From Planctomycetota bacterium (GTDB taxonomy: Bacteria > Planctomycetota > UBA1135): a stretch of 64,000 bases of DNA. Where the stretch lies: the NCBI GenBank assembly GCA_045047305.1, contig JASFYO010000010.1, positions 19,591-83,590 on the forward strand. The letters are read 5' to 3'. Below, in pieces: positions 38,237-47,688 of the stretch. How positions within the stretch are numbered: position 1 is the stretch's first letter; each line of letters starts with the position of its first letter. The position numbers and the translations under genes were made by a program. The notes below the pieces were generated by a model. It did no database searches and had not been told where the DNA came from. It saw only the letters and a program-made list of their open reading frames with translations.

Positions 38237-41005
38237 ATGACCCTGACCGCAAACGCCGTGAAACTGCCATTCGGCCTCAGCCTCTCGCAGATCGATGCCC
38301 TCAACCTGATTGCCGACCGCGCCCTTGCGCAAATGGCACATATGATTTGGGAGGCGAATCATCGCCCAGATCATCTGGCAACGGACCCGAAGGTTGGAGG
38401 ACATCCCGCAGCCTGCGCTAGCAGTCTGCACCTGGCCACGGCAATGCATATGGTGGCGCGTGCACCGCAAGACTTCTGGTGCGCCAAGCCTCACCTGGCG
38501 CCACTAGATCATGCGCTGCACTATCAAATGGGCTTCTTTCGCAATGCCGACGGTAGCTGGATGGACGAAGAAACCATGGAAGGTGCCATGCATCGCCTGC
38601 GTAAGTTTTCGCAGCATGGCGAACCGGTATTTCAGTCTTACCATGCTGCCAGCGACCCTGATGCCTGGCGCATCCTGCCCAGTGGCACCGTCGGCATTCC
38701 ACCGGTCAACTCTGGATATCTAGCCTTGGCATGGGATTACTTAGTCGATCACGGCGTCGAAGAAAAACGGGATATCCATTTTTGGTCTTTACTTGGCGAC
38801 TCCGAATTCCGCGAAGGCTCGTTGATGGAAGCGATTACTGATTTTGCCGAACGCGAGCTCAACAACGTGACTTGGATTCTGGATTACAACCGCCAAAGCT
38901 TGGACGGCACCCGGATCACCAACAATCAAGTCTTCGATGGCACCGATGCAGACCGTATTCGTCGCACCATGCAAGCCAACGGCTGGGAAGTCCTGGAACT
39001 CGCCCACGGACGCCTGCGTCAGTCCGCATTTACAGGCCCGGGTGGCAAAGCTCTGCGCGCCGTGTTTGAGAAGGGATTAACCGATTACGAACTGCAAGGC
39101 CTTTTGTGGAAGCGCGATGCCGACTTGATTCGCGAGTCCATCAAACGCATCGATGCTAAAGCGGTCAAAGCGATTGCAGACCTAAGCGATGAGGATTTAC
39201 TCGCTTTGTTCGCCGACCTCGGCGGGCACGACATGGTTTTAATCCTGGAAGCTTATGCTGCGGCACGTCAGTCGAAAAAACCGACCATGGTGTTGGCACA
39301 TACTATCAAAGGATTAGGCTTGGATAGTTATGCTCAACCTGGCAACCACTCCTCGGTTCCCAACGAGGCGGAAGTTGGGCGCATGATGCAAGCTCAAGGC
39401 ACCGACATGGAGCACCCATACGCGCGCCTCGGCCAATGGGATACGGATTCCGAAGTGGTCAAGATGCTGCAAGCGCGTGGAGATTTAATGCGCGCTGCTG
39501 TCGCCACGGAAGAGGCGCGCATGCAGGCCAATCGTGAGCAAGTGGAGGCTCGACTGCAAGCTGCAGGCCCCCTCCCCACCGACTTTGGAGTCAACCTGTC
39601 GATGATGCCGATTGTGCATACCCAATGGATGTGGGGACAAGTTGCAGGCAAATTGGTGCGCATTGGCACCCGCGATGAGCTCGAAGCGGCAGGGCAGGAT
39701 GTAGGCAAAGAGCTAAATGACAACGAGAAAGCTTGGCAAGCGGCAGCCGATTTAATGCTGACCATGTCCCCGGACGTCGGCACCAGCACCAACATCAATC
39801 CCGCTATGGATGGAAAGATTTATGGTGTCGTCGAAGATCGCGATTGGGAAGCCGAGTTGGAATGGAATGAGCGTGGACGTCCGCATTTACACTCCAGCCA
39901 CAATCCTTGGACCCGGCACATCCGTTTTGAAATCGCCGAAGCCGCCAGCATGAGTGCGGCTGGGTCCTTTGGCAAAGCTGGAGCCTATTTCGGCGTGCCA
40001 CTGATGCCGATGATGACGGTCTATGACTTCTTCATCAAACGCGCACTCGACCAACTGTATTACAACGTTTACTGGCGCAGTTCCTTCTTGCTCATCGGCA
40101 CTCCTTCTGGGGTTGCACTTTCTCCAGAAGGCGCACAGCATTCTTGGAAAAGCGATATCCAGATGCCAAGCATGGTCACTTGGGAGCCATTCTTTGCCAA
40201 AGAAATGGAGTGGATTCTGGCCGACGCCATGGCCCGACATTGCTCCAGTAATAACCTCGACCGCGAGGGCGTGGTGGTGCGTGCGGTCACCATGGGTGTG
40301 AAGCAGAAGGAAATGATGAAGCACCTGCAAGCGCAAGAGCAACATCAAGGGCGTAACAAGGATGCCATCCTGGAAGCTGTGCGCCAAGATGTACTCGCCG
40401 GCGGTTACTGGCTTATCCAGCGCTCCGGAGAGGAGGACTACCAGCCAGGTGATAACGTAGTCACCATCCTTGCTATCGGTGCCATGGGAGTGGAGGCCAT
40501 GGCTGCTAGTGAGCTACTTCGCGAGCGTGGCATTTGCGCCGACGTGCTCATCTGCACCTCCCCCGAACTCTTGCTCGGACGTTTCGCAGAACGCGACTCC
40601 TTCGCGCAACTCAACAAGCTTGGCGTCAATGGCGCAGTACACCTAGTAGGTACTGCCGGGGAAGTCCTCGACGCGGCCGACGTCTTGTTACTCGCAGCAC
40701 GAAGCATCCCCATCGTATCGGTGGTCGACGGCGAGCCTGGCATATTGGATAACGCGGGCTCCATTGTGGGCGTAAAGCAGGTATCCCTTGGAGTGAAAAG
40801 ATTCTCCAAGTCCGGGCGTCCGCAAGAAGTTTTTGCCTACCACAACATGCACGCCGATGCGATTGTCGAAGCTGCAGGCCAAGCCTTGTCCGAGGCCACT
40901 TTGCGCGAAGTCAAGCTCTCCAAGCAAGCCGCACAACAGCTTGCTGCTCAGGGTAAGGTTACGCAACCGACTTCCGATTGGCGCACGCTCTGGCCGAAGA
41001 CTTAA
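38237..41005 (+). CDS. aceE: Homodimeric pyruvate/2-oxoacid dehydrogenase E1 component (AceE-like, transketolase superfamily)
   Basis: KVGGHPAACAS, KPH, QSYH, TPP motif GDSEFREG...DYNRQSLDG, LGGHD, AHTIKG, SPDVGTSTN, EIAE, VYDFFIKRALD, SPEGAQH. Confidence 0.8.
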   Translation: MTLTANAVKLPFGLSLSQIDALNLIADRALAQMAHMIWEANHRPDHLATDPKVGGHPAACASSLHLATAMHMVARAPQDFWCAKPHLAPLDHALHYQMGFFRNADGSWMDEETMEGAMHRLRKFSQHGEPVFQSYHAASDPDAWRILPSGTVGIPPVNSGYLALAWDYLVDHGVEEKRDIHFWSLLGDSEFREGSLMEAITDFAERELNNVTWILDYNRQSLDGTRITNNQVFDGTDADRIRRTMQANGWEVLELAHGRLRQSAFTGPGGKALRAVFEKGLTDYELQGLLWKRDADLIRESIKRIDAKAVKAIADLSDEDLLALFADLGGHDMVLILEAYAAARQSKKPTMVLAHTIKGLGLDSYAQPGNHSSVPNEAEVGRMMQAQGTDMEHPYARLGQWDTDSEVVKMLQARGDLMRAAVATEEARMQANREQVEARLQAAGPLPTDFGVNLSMMPIVHTQWMWGQVAGKLVRIGTRDELEAAGQDVGKELNDNEKAWQAAADLMLTMSPDVGTSTNINPAMDGKIYGVVEDRDWEAELEWNERGRPHLHSSHNPWTRHIRFEIAEAASMSAAGSFGKAGAYFGVPLMPMMTVYDFFIKRALDQLYYNVYWRSSFLLIGTPSGVALSPEGAQHSWKSDIQMPSMVTWEPFFAKEMEWILADAMARHCSSNNLDREGVVVRAVTMGVKQKEMMKHLQAQEQHQGRNKDAILEAVRQDVLAGGYWLIQRSGEEDYQPGDNVVTILAIGAMGVEAMAASELLRERGICADVLICTSPELLLGRFAERDSFAQLNKLGVNGAVHLVGTAGEVLDAADVLLLAARSIPIVSVVDGEPGILDNAGSIVGVKQVSLGVKRFSKSGRPQEVFAYHNMHADAIVEAAGQALSEATLREVKLSKQAAQQLAAQGKVTQPTSDWRTLWPKT

Positions 41006-41027
41006 ACCCGCACTGCTGTGGAAGCCG

Positions 41028-41630
41028 TTAGTTCTTGCGAAAGAACACGGAGGCAACCACGCTGAGCGTAAAAACGGTCACCACAATCCACGCCCATGAG
41101 GCCATGTCGCCCTGAACGTTTTCCAGAATTGGATTAGCGACTGAAGCCAGTTCACCGTTGGGAATCATCTGATCTCCTTCGCCAGACGCATTAGAAACCA
41201 AGTTCACTAAAGTGAGGGAACTGATGGTTATGCGCACCCCGATGAGGGCCCAAACCACGGAACGGATGCCGTTGCCAGCGAATCCCGCACGCACCCAACC
41301 AAAACATGTGATGAGACTGCCAAAGACTACGGCAATACCGAGAAGAACCATGCTCATCAGTTCCCGCGCCCACTCAGCAAGCAGGGTCTTGCTTGGCTCC
41401 ACGGCACCATGCAGAAGCTGTAAATCACCCCACAAAGTCCAACCCAACCACAGCATGAATACGGTGACCAAGGTCAAGGCGACACTCTGCGCACGCATCA
41501 GTTTTTCTTTGCCAGAAGGTGCAGCAAACAAACTCAACCCGACCAAGGCTCCGGTAAGGAAAAAGAAAATGACCGCAACTAAACCGGCGAGGAAGAACAG
41601 GCTAAAAAACGTCGAATCCATGATGTTCAA
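41028..41630 (-). CDS. Hypothetical integral membrane protein (about 5 TM)
   Basis: Hydrophobic ORF coupled by ATGA overlap to the DUF4340 gene. Confidence 0.7.
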   Translation of the reverse strand: MNIMDSTFFSLFFLAGLVAVIFFFLTGALVGLSLFAAPSGKEKLMRAQSVALTLVTVFMLWLGWTLWGDLQLLHGAVEPSKTLLAEWARELMSMVLLGIAVVFGSLITCFGWVRAGFAGNGIRSVVWALIGVRITISSLTLVNLVSNASGEGDQMIPNGELASVANPILENVQGDMASWAWIVVTVFTLSVVASVFFRKN

Positions 41631-42652
41631 TCATCTTGGAGCATGCGCTCCACAGGCTGCCGAAGTTGGCTCACCTCAAAATCAGAAAGGGTGAAGATAT
41701 AGGGCAAATCCTTCACCCGCAAGAAACGTTGACCATTTTTGGTCGGGTTACCCAGCTCGAAGCGAAACACGTCGCCTTCAATGCCTACTGCAAACTGATC
41801 TTTGGGAAAACCAAAGCGAGCTTCATCGGTGCCATCTTGACTTGCAACACCAATGATGTCGGCAAACTTTAACCCCACGATGGAGGTGGCCATGGAATCC
41901 CCAGCATAGCCTAAAGCGGGCTGCTCCGACGGTTCGGTCATGAACCATGCGCTGCTTGCACCGACCTCGCCGCCAGCCTCTGCTGCTCGGCGCTCCACAC
42001 GCCAGCTCTCGCCAGTCTGAAAGTCCTTGCGTTCGATCCAGCTCACGCGATCCATGCCGATGCCTTTCAGTGGCTGCACTTCACACCAGCCCACGGGGTC
42101 AACAGCAGGGAGTATGGCGTCGCCACTGAGATATACGCGGTCACTACGAGCATCGCGCATATAAAACTCAAGCACTGCACGATCACCTCCCTGAATGTCT
42201 TGCTGACGCATGGAACCTGCGATCCAATCGACCAAGAGGCGGTTATCATCTGAGTAAATCTGAACCCGGCGGCCCTGGCCCTCCGCCACTCCATACACAC
42301 CATGTTTCTCGGGGTTCACCGACACTACATCGGATGTTTGGATGCTCGCCAAGTTATCCAGCATTTGCGTAAAACGGGCATAGTCCAGCGGGAAGTTCTT
42401 TTCCTCAACCATCCATCCACGACCAATAGTGCGGTTCTCGCGGCTCACTAAACTAAGTGTGGCACGCTGCTCGCCATCCGTGATAATAATGCGTGCGATG
42501 CTATCGATTTGCTCCGGAAGCTGCGGATAAAGTGCGCCGATTTGTGCTGCGGTACGCGCATGCGCATCCCCCTGCCATGGACGAGTCAGGCCGAGGTAAA
42601 GCGACCAAGCTAGCGCCGCCGCGATGAAGAGTTTCCAATTACGCCCGCTCAT
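41627..42652 (-). CDS. DUF4340-domain protein
   Basis: N-terminal anchor, W-V-FPLD, VVS-NPEKH-YGV, duplicated domain; usual position after GldG-like genes. Confidence 0.75.
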   Translation of the reverse strand: MSGRNWKLFIAAALAWSLYLGLTRPWQGDAHARTAAQIGALYPQLPEQIDSIARIIITDGEQRATLSLVSRENRTIGRGWMVEEKNFPLDYARFTQMLDNLASIQTSDVVSVNPEKHGVYGVAEGQGRRVQIYSDDNRLLVDWIAGSMRQQDIQGGDRAVLEFYMRDARSDRVYLSGDAILPAVDPVGWCEVQPLKGIGMDRVSWIERKDFQTGESWRVERRAAEAGGEVGASSAWFMTEPSEQPALGYAGDSMATSIVGLKFADIIGVASQDGTDEARFGFPKDQFAVGIEGDVFRFELGNPTKNGQRFLRVKDLPYIFTLSDFEVSQLRQPVERMLQDD

Positions 42653-44355
42653 GAGGAGGCTCTCTCTTTTTGGAATGACATTTGAGCCTGCCTCCGGTGG
42701 TAGAAGAAATGCAAGGCAGCGAAAATCAGAACTAAAAGTACTGGGGCTAAAACATTGATCCAGGCAATCCAGCGATGCATCGAGCGCTGATGCCGCGTGG
42801 AATCTCGGTGCAGAATCTCTAAAGCTTCAATTTCCTGGTCCCAGCCACCATGAGCAGCGACATATTCTTCCCCAAAGTCCGTCAAGGGACGTGCACGTTT
42901 GCCGCGCGAGCGTAAAGCAATTAGGGCAGAATCTTGCGCTACCCAATCCATAAGGTTGGCAGCGAAATCCGCATTACCCTGGGCCCCAGAGGCGAAGGTC
43001 GTGTTGTGAAATAGATCGGCGTCGCCAAGGACAACCAAAACGCCTGGCGCCGGCACCAAATCAGCATGCGCAAATTCAGGAGAGAAAACCCCTTCCACGG
43101 CAATCGCAAGTGGATACGAAGTAGCGTTACCACTTGCACGTGCGCTTTTATCCATGGCCCTGATGTTGCTCAGATTCATCGCCAGATCAGTCTCTGCCGG
43201 AAGCAGCCAAGATCGCGGACTACTCCGCAAAAGCACATCGGCCTCCAAGCCAGGGGAAAGATCCGCAAATCCGATTGGGTGCGCCCACAGGGCTAGAACT
43301 ACCGAAAGGTCCGCGGTCGCCACATGATCCTGCGCCAAGCTAGCGCCCTCGAGTTTCAGGCCTAGGCCATACATCTCATGCAGTGGCACTACCTTATTGC
43401 CAGTGGAAGTCTTTAGCGTTTGCACACCGGCAGGCACCATGATTCCGTTTAAGTCATAGATAAGGCGGGCATCCGTAGTGATACCGAATCCCGCCAACCA
43501 AGACTCTAAACCGGTCTGTAATGGGTCCGAATCTAAGGTCGAGGGATCCACTACTTCAGAGTCTTGCAACACCACGACCTTGCCACCTTCAGCAAGATAG
43601 CGGTCGATGAACTCCAGCTTGTTTTGCGCCAAATTGCGCGGCCGTGCAACCACTAATGCGACCAGGTCCTGGGGGATTTCTCCCTCGTAATCCAAGTCTA
43701 AATCACGCACGGCATAGCGCGCGCCAATGCGACGACGGAATTGCTCAAAGATCCGCGCTGCCGGGATTTGTCGTGCCACACCTGGCATCGGGCGAGGCAG
43801 CGGCGGCTCATCCGAAACAAATCCAATCACTGGCCGCGTAGGACGTAACAACGAAGCTAGGCGCACGGTAAACGCGAACTCAAACTCCGATGCTGTGACA
43901 AATGGGATTACCTCACTGCGGTCTTGATAGCGCAGTTCCAAGCCCTGGTATTGCAATTGCACCCGAACCCCTGCGAGGCCCTGACCGGTCAGCTGCAATG
44001 GCTCCACCCCCACATGTTCGGCGTCGCGCATGGCTGCAAGGTCAGAGGTCGGATCTACAGTTTCCACCTCGACGTATGCGCCACCAACACTTGCGATTTC
44101 ATCCAACAAATCGGTCATTAAGAGACGTTGCGGTAGCAAGGCCTCCGCTCCCTCAATGTCGCGGTTGAAATATAGCTTGACCTGCAAGCGGTCCTCAAGC
44201 TCATGCAACAGATGGATGGTCACTGGAGCCAAGGAATACTCCCCATCTTGAGTCAGATCGATGCGTACCGGCCGAATTTGCAACAAGCCCACCACAGGCA
44301 CCAGCAACAAAAGTACCAACCACAGGGAAAGCGAAGACTGGCGTGATTCTCTCAC
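42649..44355 (-). CDS. GldG-like ABC-transporter auxiliary component
   Basis: RIDLTQDGEYSLAP-T-L-L, YF, VDP, IDRYLAEGGKVVV, VLGDADL, NADFAANLMDW, LIALRSR, C-terminal TM; GTGA overlap gives start 44355. Confidence 0.85.
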   Translation of the reverse strand: MRESRQSSLSLWLVLLLLVPVVGLLQIRPVRIDLTQDGEYSLAPVTIHLLHELEDRLQVKLYFNRDIEGAEALLPQRLLMTDLLDEIASVGGAYVEVETVDPTSDLAAMRDAEHVGVEPLQLTGQGLAGVRVQLQYQGLELRYQDRSEVIPFVTASEFEFAFTVRLASLLRPTRPVIGFVSDEPPLPRPMPGVARQIPAARIFEQFRRRIGARYAVRDLDLDYEGEIPQDLVALVVARPRNLAQNKLEFIDRYLAEGGKVVVLQDSEVVDPSTLDSDPLQTGLESWLAGFGITTDARLIYDLNGIMVPAGVQTLKTSTGNKVVPLHEMYGLGLKLEGASLAQDHVATADLSVVLALWAHPIGFADLSPGLEADVLLRSSPRSWLLPAETDLAMNLSNIRAMDKSARASGNATSYPLAIAVEGVFSPEFAHADLVPAPGVLVVLGDADLFHNTTFASGAQGNADFAANLMDWVAQDSALIALRSRGKRARPLTDFGEEYVAAHGGWDQEIEALEILHRDSTRHQRSMHRWIAWINVLAPVLLVLIFAALHFFYHRRQAQMSFQKERASS

Positions 44356-45071
44356 CGCACACGCCTCCGCTCGAGCACCACACCATTGGCGCATAAGAAA
44401 AACACAATGATGCCGAGATAGAAACTCACATGGCCAAAGTCCAGAACGCCGCGGGTTATCGCATGAAAATGATTGCCGAAATCCAGCATTAAGAACAAGC
44501 GGGCTAACCCCTCTGGCATGGCCTCAGCCATAGATGCAATTCCAATTAGATTGAATCCCATCAGCACCGTCGCGCCAAGCAAATAGGCCACGATTTGATT
44601 ATCAGTAATGGAGGATAGAAATAGGCCAATCGCCAAACTTGCACCGCCAAGGAGCAGGACGCTCAGATAACCACCTATCACAGGGCCCCAATCTAAATCG
44701 CCGAGGACTTCGGCAGTGATCGGCACACCCAAGGTGAAGGCTAAAGCTAATGCGAGAACCGCCCAAGCCCCCAAGAACTTTCCAAGCACTAAGTCGCGTA
44801 AACGAAAGGGATAGGTAAGCAAAAGCTCTTCCGTCCCAGAGCGACGTTCCTCCGCCCAAAGCCGCATGGTAATGGCTGGTGCAAGCATCACTAACAACCA
44901 CGGCATAGTGGAAAAGAAAGGACGCAGGCTGGCTTCATCTAGGGCAAAGAATGGTCCAGTCAAAAAGAACAGAACCGCCGCCAATCCAGGAAAAAGTCCA
45001 AGGATGACGTATCCAGTGGGCACATCAAACGTGGAGAAAAACTCGCGCTTGGCAATCAGGAGACTCCTCAT
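44352..45071 (-). CDS. GldF-like ABC-2 permease
   Basis: IAKREF-S-F-P-GY, PAITMRLWAEERRSGTEELLLT-P, VLGKFL, SSITDNQIVA, RGVLD. Confidence 0.92.
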   Translation of the reverse strand: MRSLLIAKREFFSTFDVPTGYVILGLFPGLAAVLFFLTGPFFALDEASLRPFFSTMPWLLVMLAPAITMRLWAEERRSGTEELLLTYPFRLRDLVLGKFLGAWAVLALALAFTLGVPITAEVLGDLDWGPVIGGYLSVLLLGGASLAIGLFLSSITDNQIVAYLLGATVLMGFNLIGIASMAEAMPEGLARLFLMLDFGNHFHAITRGVLDFGHVSFYLGIIVFFLCANGVVLERRRVR

Positions 45072-46036
45072 TATTCCGCCTCAACTGGTAAGTTTTGGAA
45101 TAAGGATTCCAGGGTTCCGCTTTGCGGGGCAAGTTCAATTAAATCGACACCGCGATCCGCCGCTGCTTGGGCAACGCGGGAAAGGCCTTCGCAGCCGTCT
45201 ACCTCAATCAGGGCGCTACAAATCGCGGTATCTGAAAATGGACTTGGACGTTCCTCCAGCAACACGGCGTCGGCCTGCTCCAAAAGTCCTTCTAAATCAC
45301 AACTCGCGCAACGAAAAGTCACCCGTGCAATGCACGATCCTTGACCATTACATGCAATGCCTGCGAGCGGTCCATCAGCAACTTTGCGCCCCTTATGGAT
45401 TAAAACTACGCGATCGGCAAGGGCTTCAATCTCTGGTAAAACATGACTGGTAATGATGATGGTTTTAGTTTTACCCAGTTCCCGGATGAGGTTGCGCATC
45501 TCCACCACCTGCAACGGATCCAAACCATTGGTCGGCTCATCCAAAATAAGAAGCTGCGGGTCATGCAACAACGCCTGCGCCAAACCCACCCGCTGCCGAA
45601 AACCCTTGGAGCACTGTCCGATGCCCCTGCGATACACCTCTTGCAATCCAGTCTGCAACACCGCACGCTCAATGGCTTGCTGAGCTGCTCCAGCGGTTAA
45701 ACCAAAGGCACTCGCGGTGAACTGCAAGAAATCGGCAACCCGCATATCTAGATAAAGCGGATTATTCTCTGGCAGGTAACCAAAGCGCTTCTTTACCTCC
45801 AAAGGCTCCTTGGCCACATCGAATCCACATACTTCCACCTTGCCGGCGTCGGCAACCAAGTATCCAGTGATCACTTTGATCGCGGTTGTCTTGCCCGCCC
45901 CATTGGGCCCTAGGAATCCAAGAATGGAGCCAGCTGGGACTTCAAAGTCTATACCACGCAGGGCCTTCACTGGACCGTAGGATTTCTCCAGACCAGTGAC
46001 GCGCACTACGGCAGAAGCGTTTTCCTTAGGCGACAT
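45071..46036 (-). CDS. GldA-like ABC ATP-binding protein
   Basis: GFLGPNGAGKTT, GYLPENNPLY, SKGFRQRVGLAQAL, LILDEPTNGLDP; start placed at MSPKEN. Confidence 0.93.
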   Translation of the reverse strand: MSPKENASAVVRVTGLEKSYGPVKALRGIDFEVPAGSILGFLGPNGAGKTTAIKVITGYLVADAGKVEVCGFDVAKEPLEVKKRFGYLPENNPLYLDMRVADFLQFTASAFGLTAGAAQQAIERAVLQTGLQEVYRRGIGQCSKGFRQRVGLAQALLHDPQLLILDEPTNGLDPLQVVEMRNLIRELGKTKTIIITSHVLPEIEALADRVVLIHKGRKVADGPLAGIACNGQGSCIARVTFRCASCDLEGLLEQADAVLLEERPSPFSDTAICSALIEVDGCEGLSRVAQAAADRGVDLIELAPQSGTLESLFQNLPVEAE

Positions 46037-47444
46037 CGTCCATGGAAAACGCGGCAAGGAACTCCTGGTTCGATGGATATCGAGCCAAACGATCAATCAG
46101 CATTTCCATTGCTTCGCGGGAGCGCATACGGCTCAAAACACGGCGCAGAATGTTGATTTTGCGCAGAGTCGTGCGCGACAACAAACGTTCTTCTTTTCGC
46201 GTTGCCGTTTGCTCAATCGAAACCGCTGGGTAGATGCGACGATCAGCCAATCGGCGATCAAGGGTCAGCTCCATATTGCCGGTGCCCTTAAACTCCTCAT
46301 AGATGACTTGATCCATGCGCGAGCCAGTGTCGACCAATGCAGTCGCTAGGATCGTCAGCGAACCGCCATCCTCGGTGTTTCGCGCTGCGCCAAAAAAGTG
46401 CTTCGGGCGCTGAAACACCCGTGCATCCAAACCACCAGACATGGTGCGCGAGTCTTTGCCGCCCCCCATCGTATTGTTGAAGGCCCGAGTCATACGGGTA
46501 ATCGAATCCAGCAAGATCATGACTTCCTTGCCCGTTTCCACTAAGCGTTCAGCACGAAACTGCACCAGTTCCGACAACCGTGCATGATTCTTCGGTGATT
46601 GGTCCATCGTGCTTACGAAGACCTCACCATTCTTGATCGAACGGCGCCAATAAGTGGCTTCTTCGGGACGCTCATCGACCAGCAACACAATCAAGTGAAC
46701 ATCTGGATAAAGCGCTTCCATGGCATTTGCCACAGCCATCATCAAAGTGGTCTTTCCAGTACGCGGAGGCGCAACCAGCAAACCACGTTGGCCGCGCCCA
46801 ATCGGGCACAGCAAATCCAAAATACGCATGGAGAGTTGGTTCTCTTGCTCAAAGCCTCCCAACTCAAAATGAAAGTCAGGGTCAATCACAGTGAGGTTCT
46901 TAAACCCACGCTGCTTGCGTAGTTCGTCCACGGTGAAGCCGTCCACCGTTTCAATCGAAGTGACGCGCGCGCTTTGATGACCGCGGCCCTTCATGCCCTT
47001 ACCCACAATCAGGGAACCGTTTTTCAAACCATTCCGCTGTACCATTGGCTGTGGAATCATCGGATCGCTTGGTTTTTCGGCGAGGTCATTGACTAGCTGA
47101 CGTAAAAAGCCAGTACCGTCTTTGCGTAAATCCAAGATACCGGAGACCTCTTCGAGCTCACCACCACGAGGCTCAGCTTGAGAACGTGCGCGCGCTCCTC
47201 TTCCGCCACCACCCTTCTGTTCATTGCGTCCACGCGGAGCTTGGCCAGCTTCACGTGGTGCCCTATCTGGGCGTTGACGACGACGGCGACGTTGTGTATT
47301 TCCGGAGGACTCGCCGGAGGCAGCACCATTTTCTCCACAATCAGGCTTCTCCGCAGCTACGGATGATCCTGGATCTTGGATGGGATTACGACGCCTTCGA
47401 CGACGCCTACGCTTTGCCGGCTGTTGGCTTTGTTCTTCAGTCAT
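46026..47444 (-). CDS. rho: Transcription termination factor Rho with Arg-rich disordered N-terminus
   Basis: [74 protein letters not shown]; start placed at MTEEQ. Confidence 0.96.
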   Translation of the reverse strand: [472 protein letters not shown]

Positions 47445-47620
47445 TGGGACTCCAAAGAATGGCCGTGAAATACGACCGTCGGATCCAAACGGGTAAGGGT
47501 TTGATGCAAGGGAGAAATACTCCCTGCCCAGCATCCCTCGGTATAGCGTTTTGCCAGGTTTCGCTTCGCCCTTCAGTGGGCGGCGTACTCTGGCTGCTAT
47601 CGGACCCAGGTCAAGTATAG
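47445..47620 (-). promoter_or_regulatory. Putative structured 5' leader of rho with an upstream TATACT -10 element
   Basis: Hairpins at 47553-47594, 47503-47535 and 47461-47477; TATACT on the minus strand at 47614-47619. Confidence 0.4.
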
Positions 47621-47688
47621 AAGACTCTTTCCTTCCGTTACCAGCCCCAGGAAGGTTTTCCCCAAGGTTTTTTATTGTTTTGAGCTGC

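Noticed and set aside
47553..47594. Hammerhead-like words in the rho leader (minus strand GUA...CUGAAGG-GCGAAGC-GAAAC)
   Set aside because: The core reads CUGAAGG rather than CUGANGA, and the segment between the cleavage triplet and CUGA cannot form stem I; a plain hairpin explains it better.
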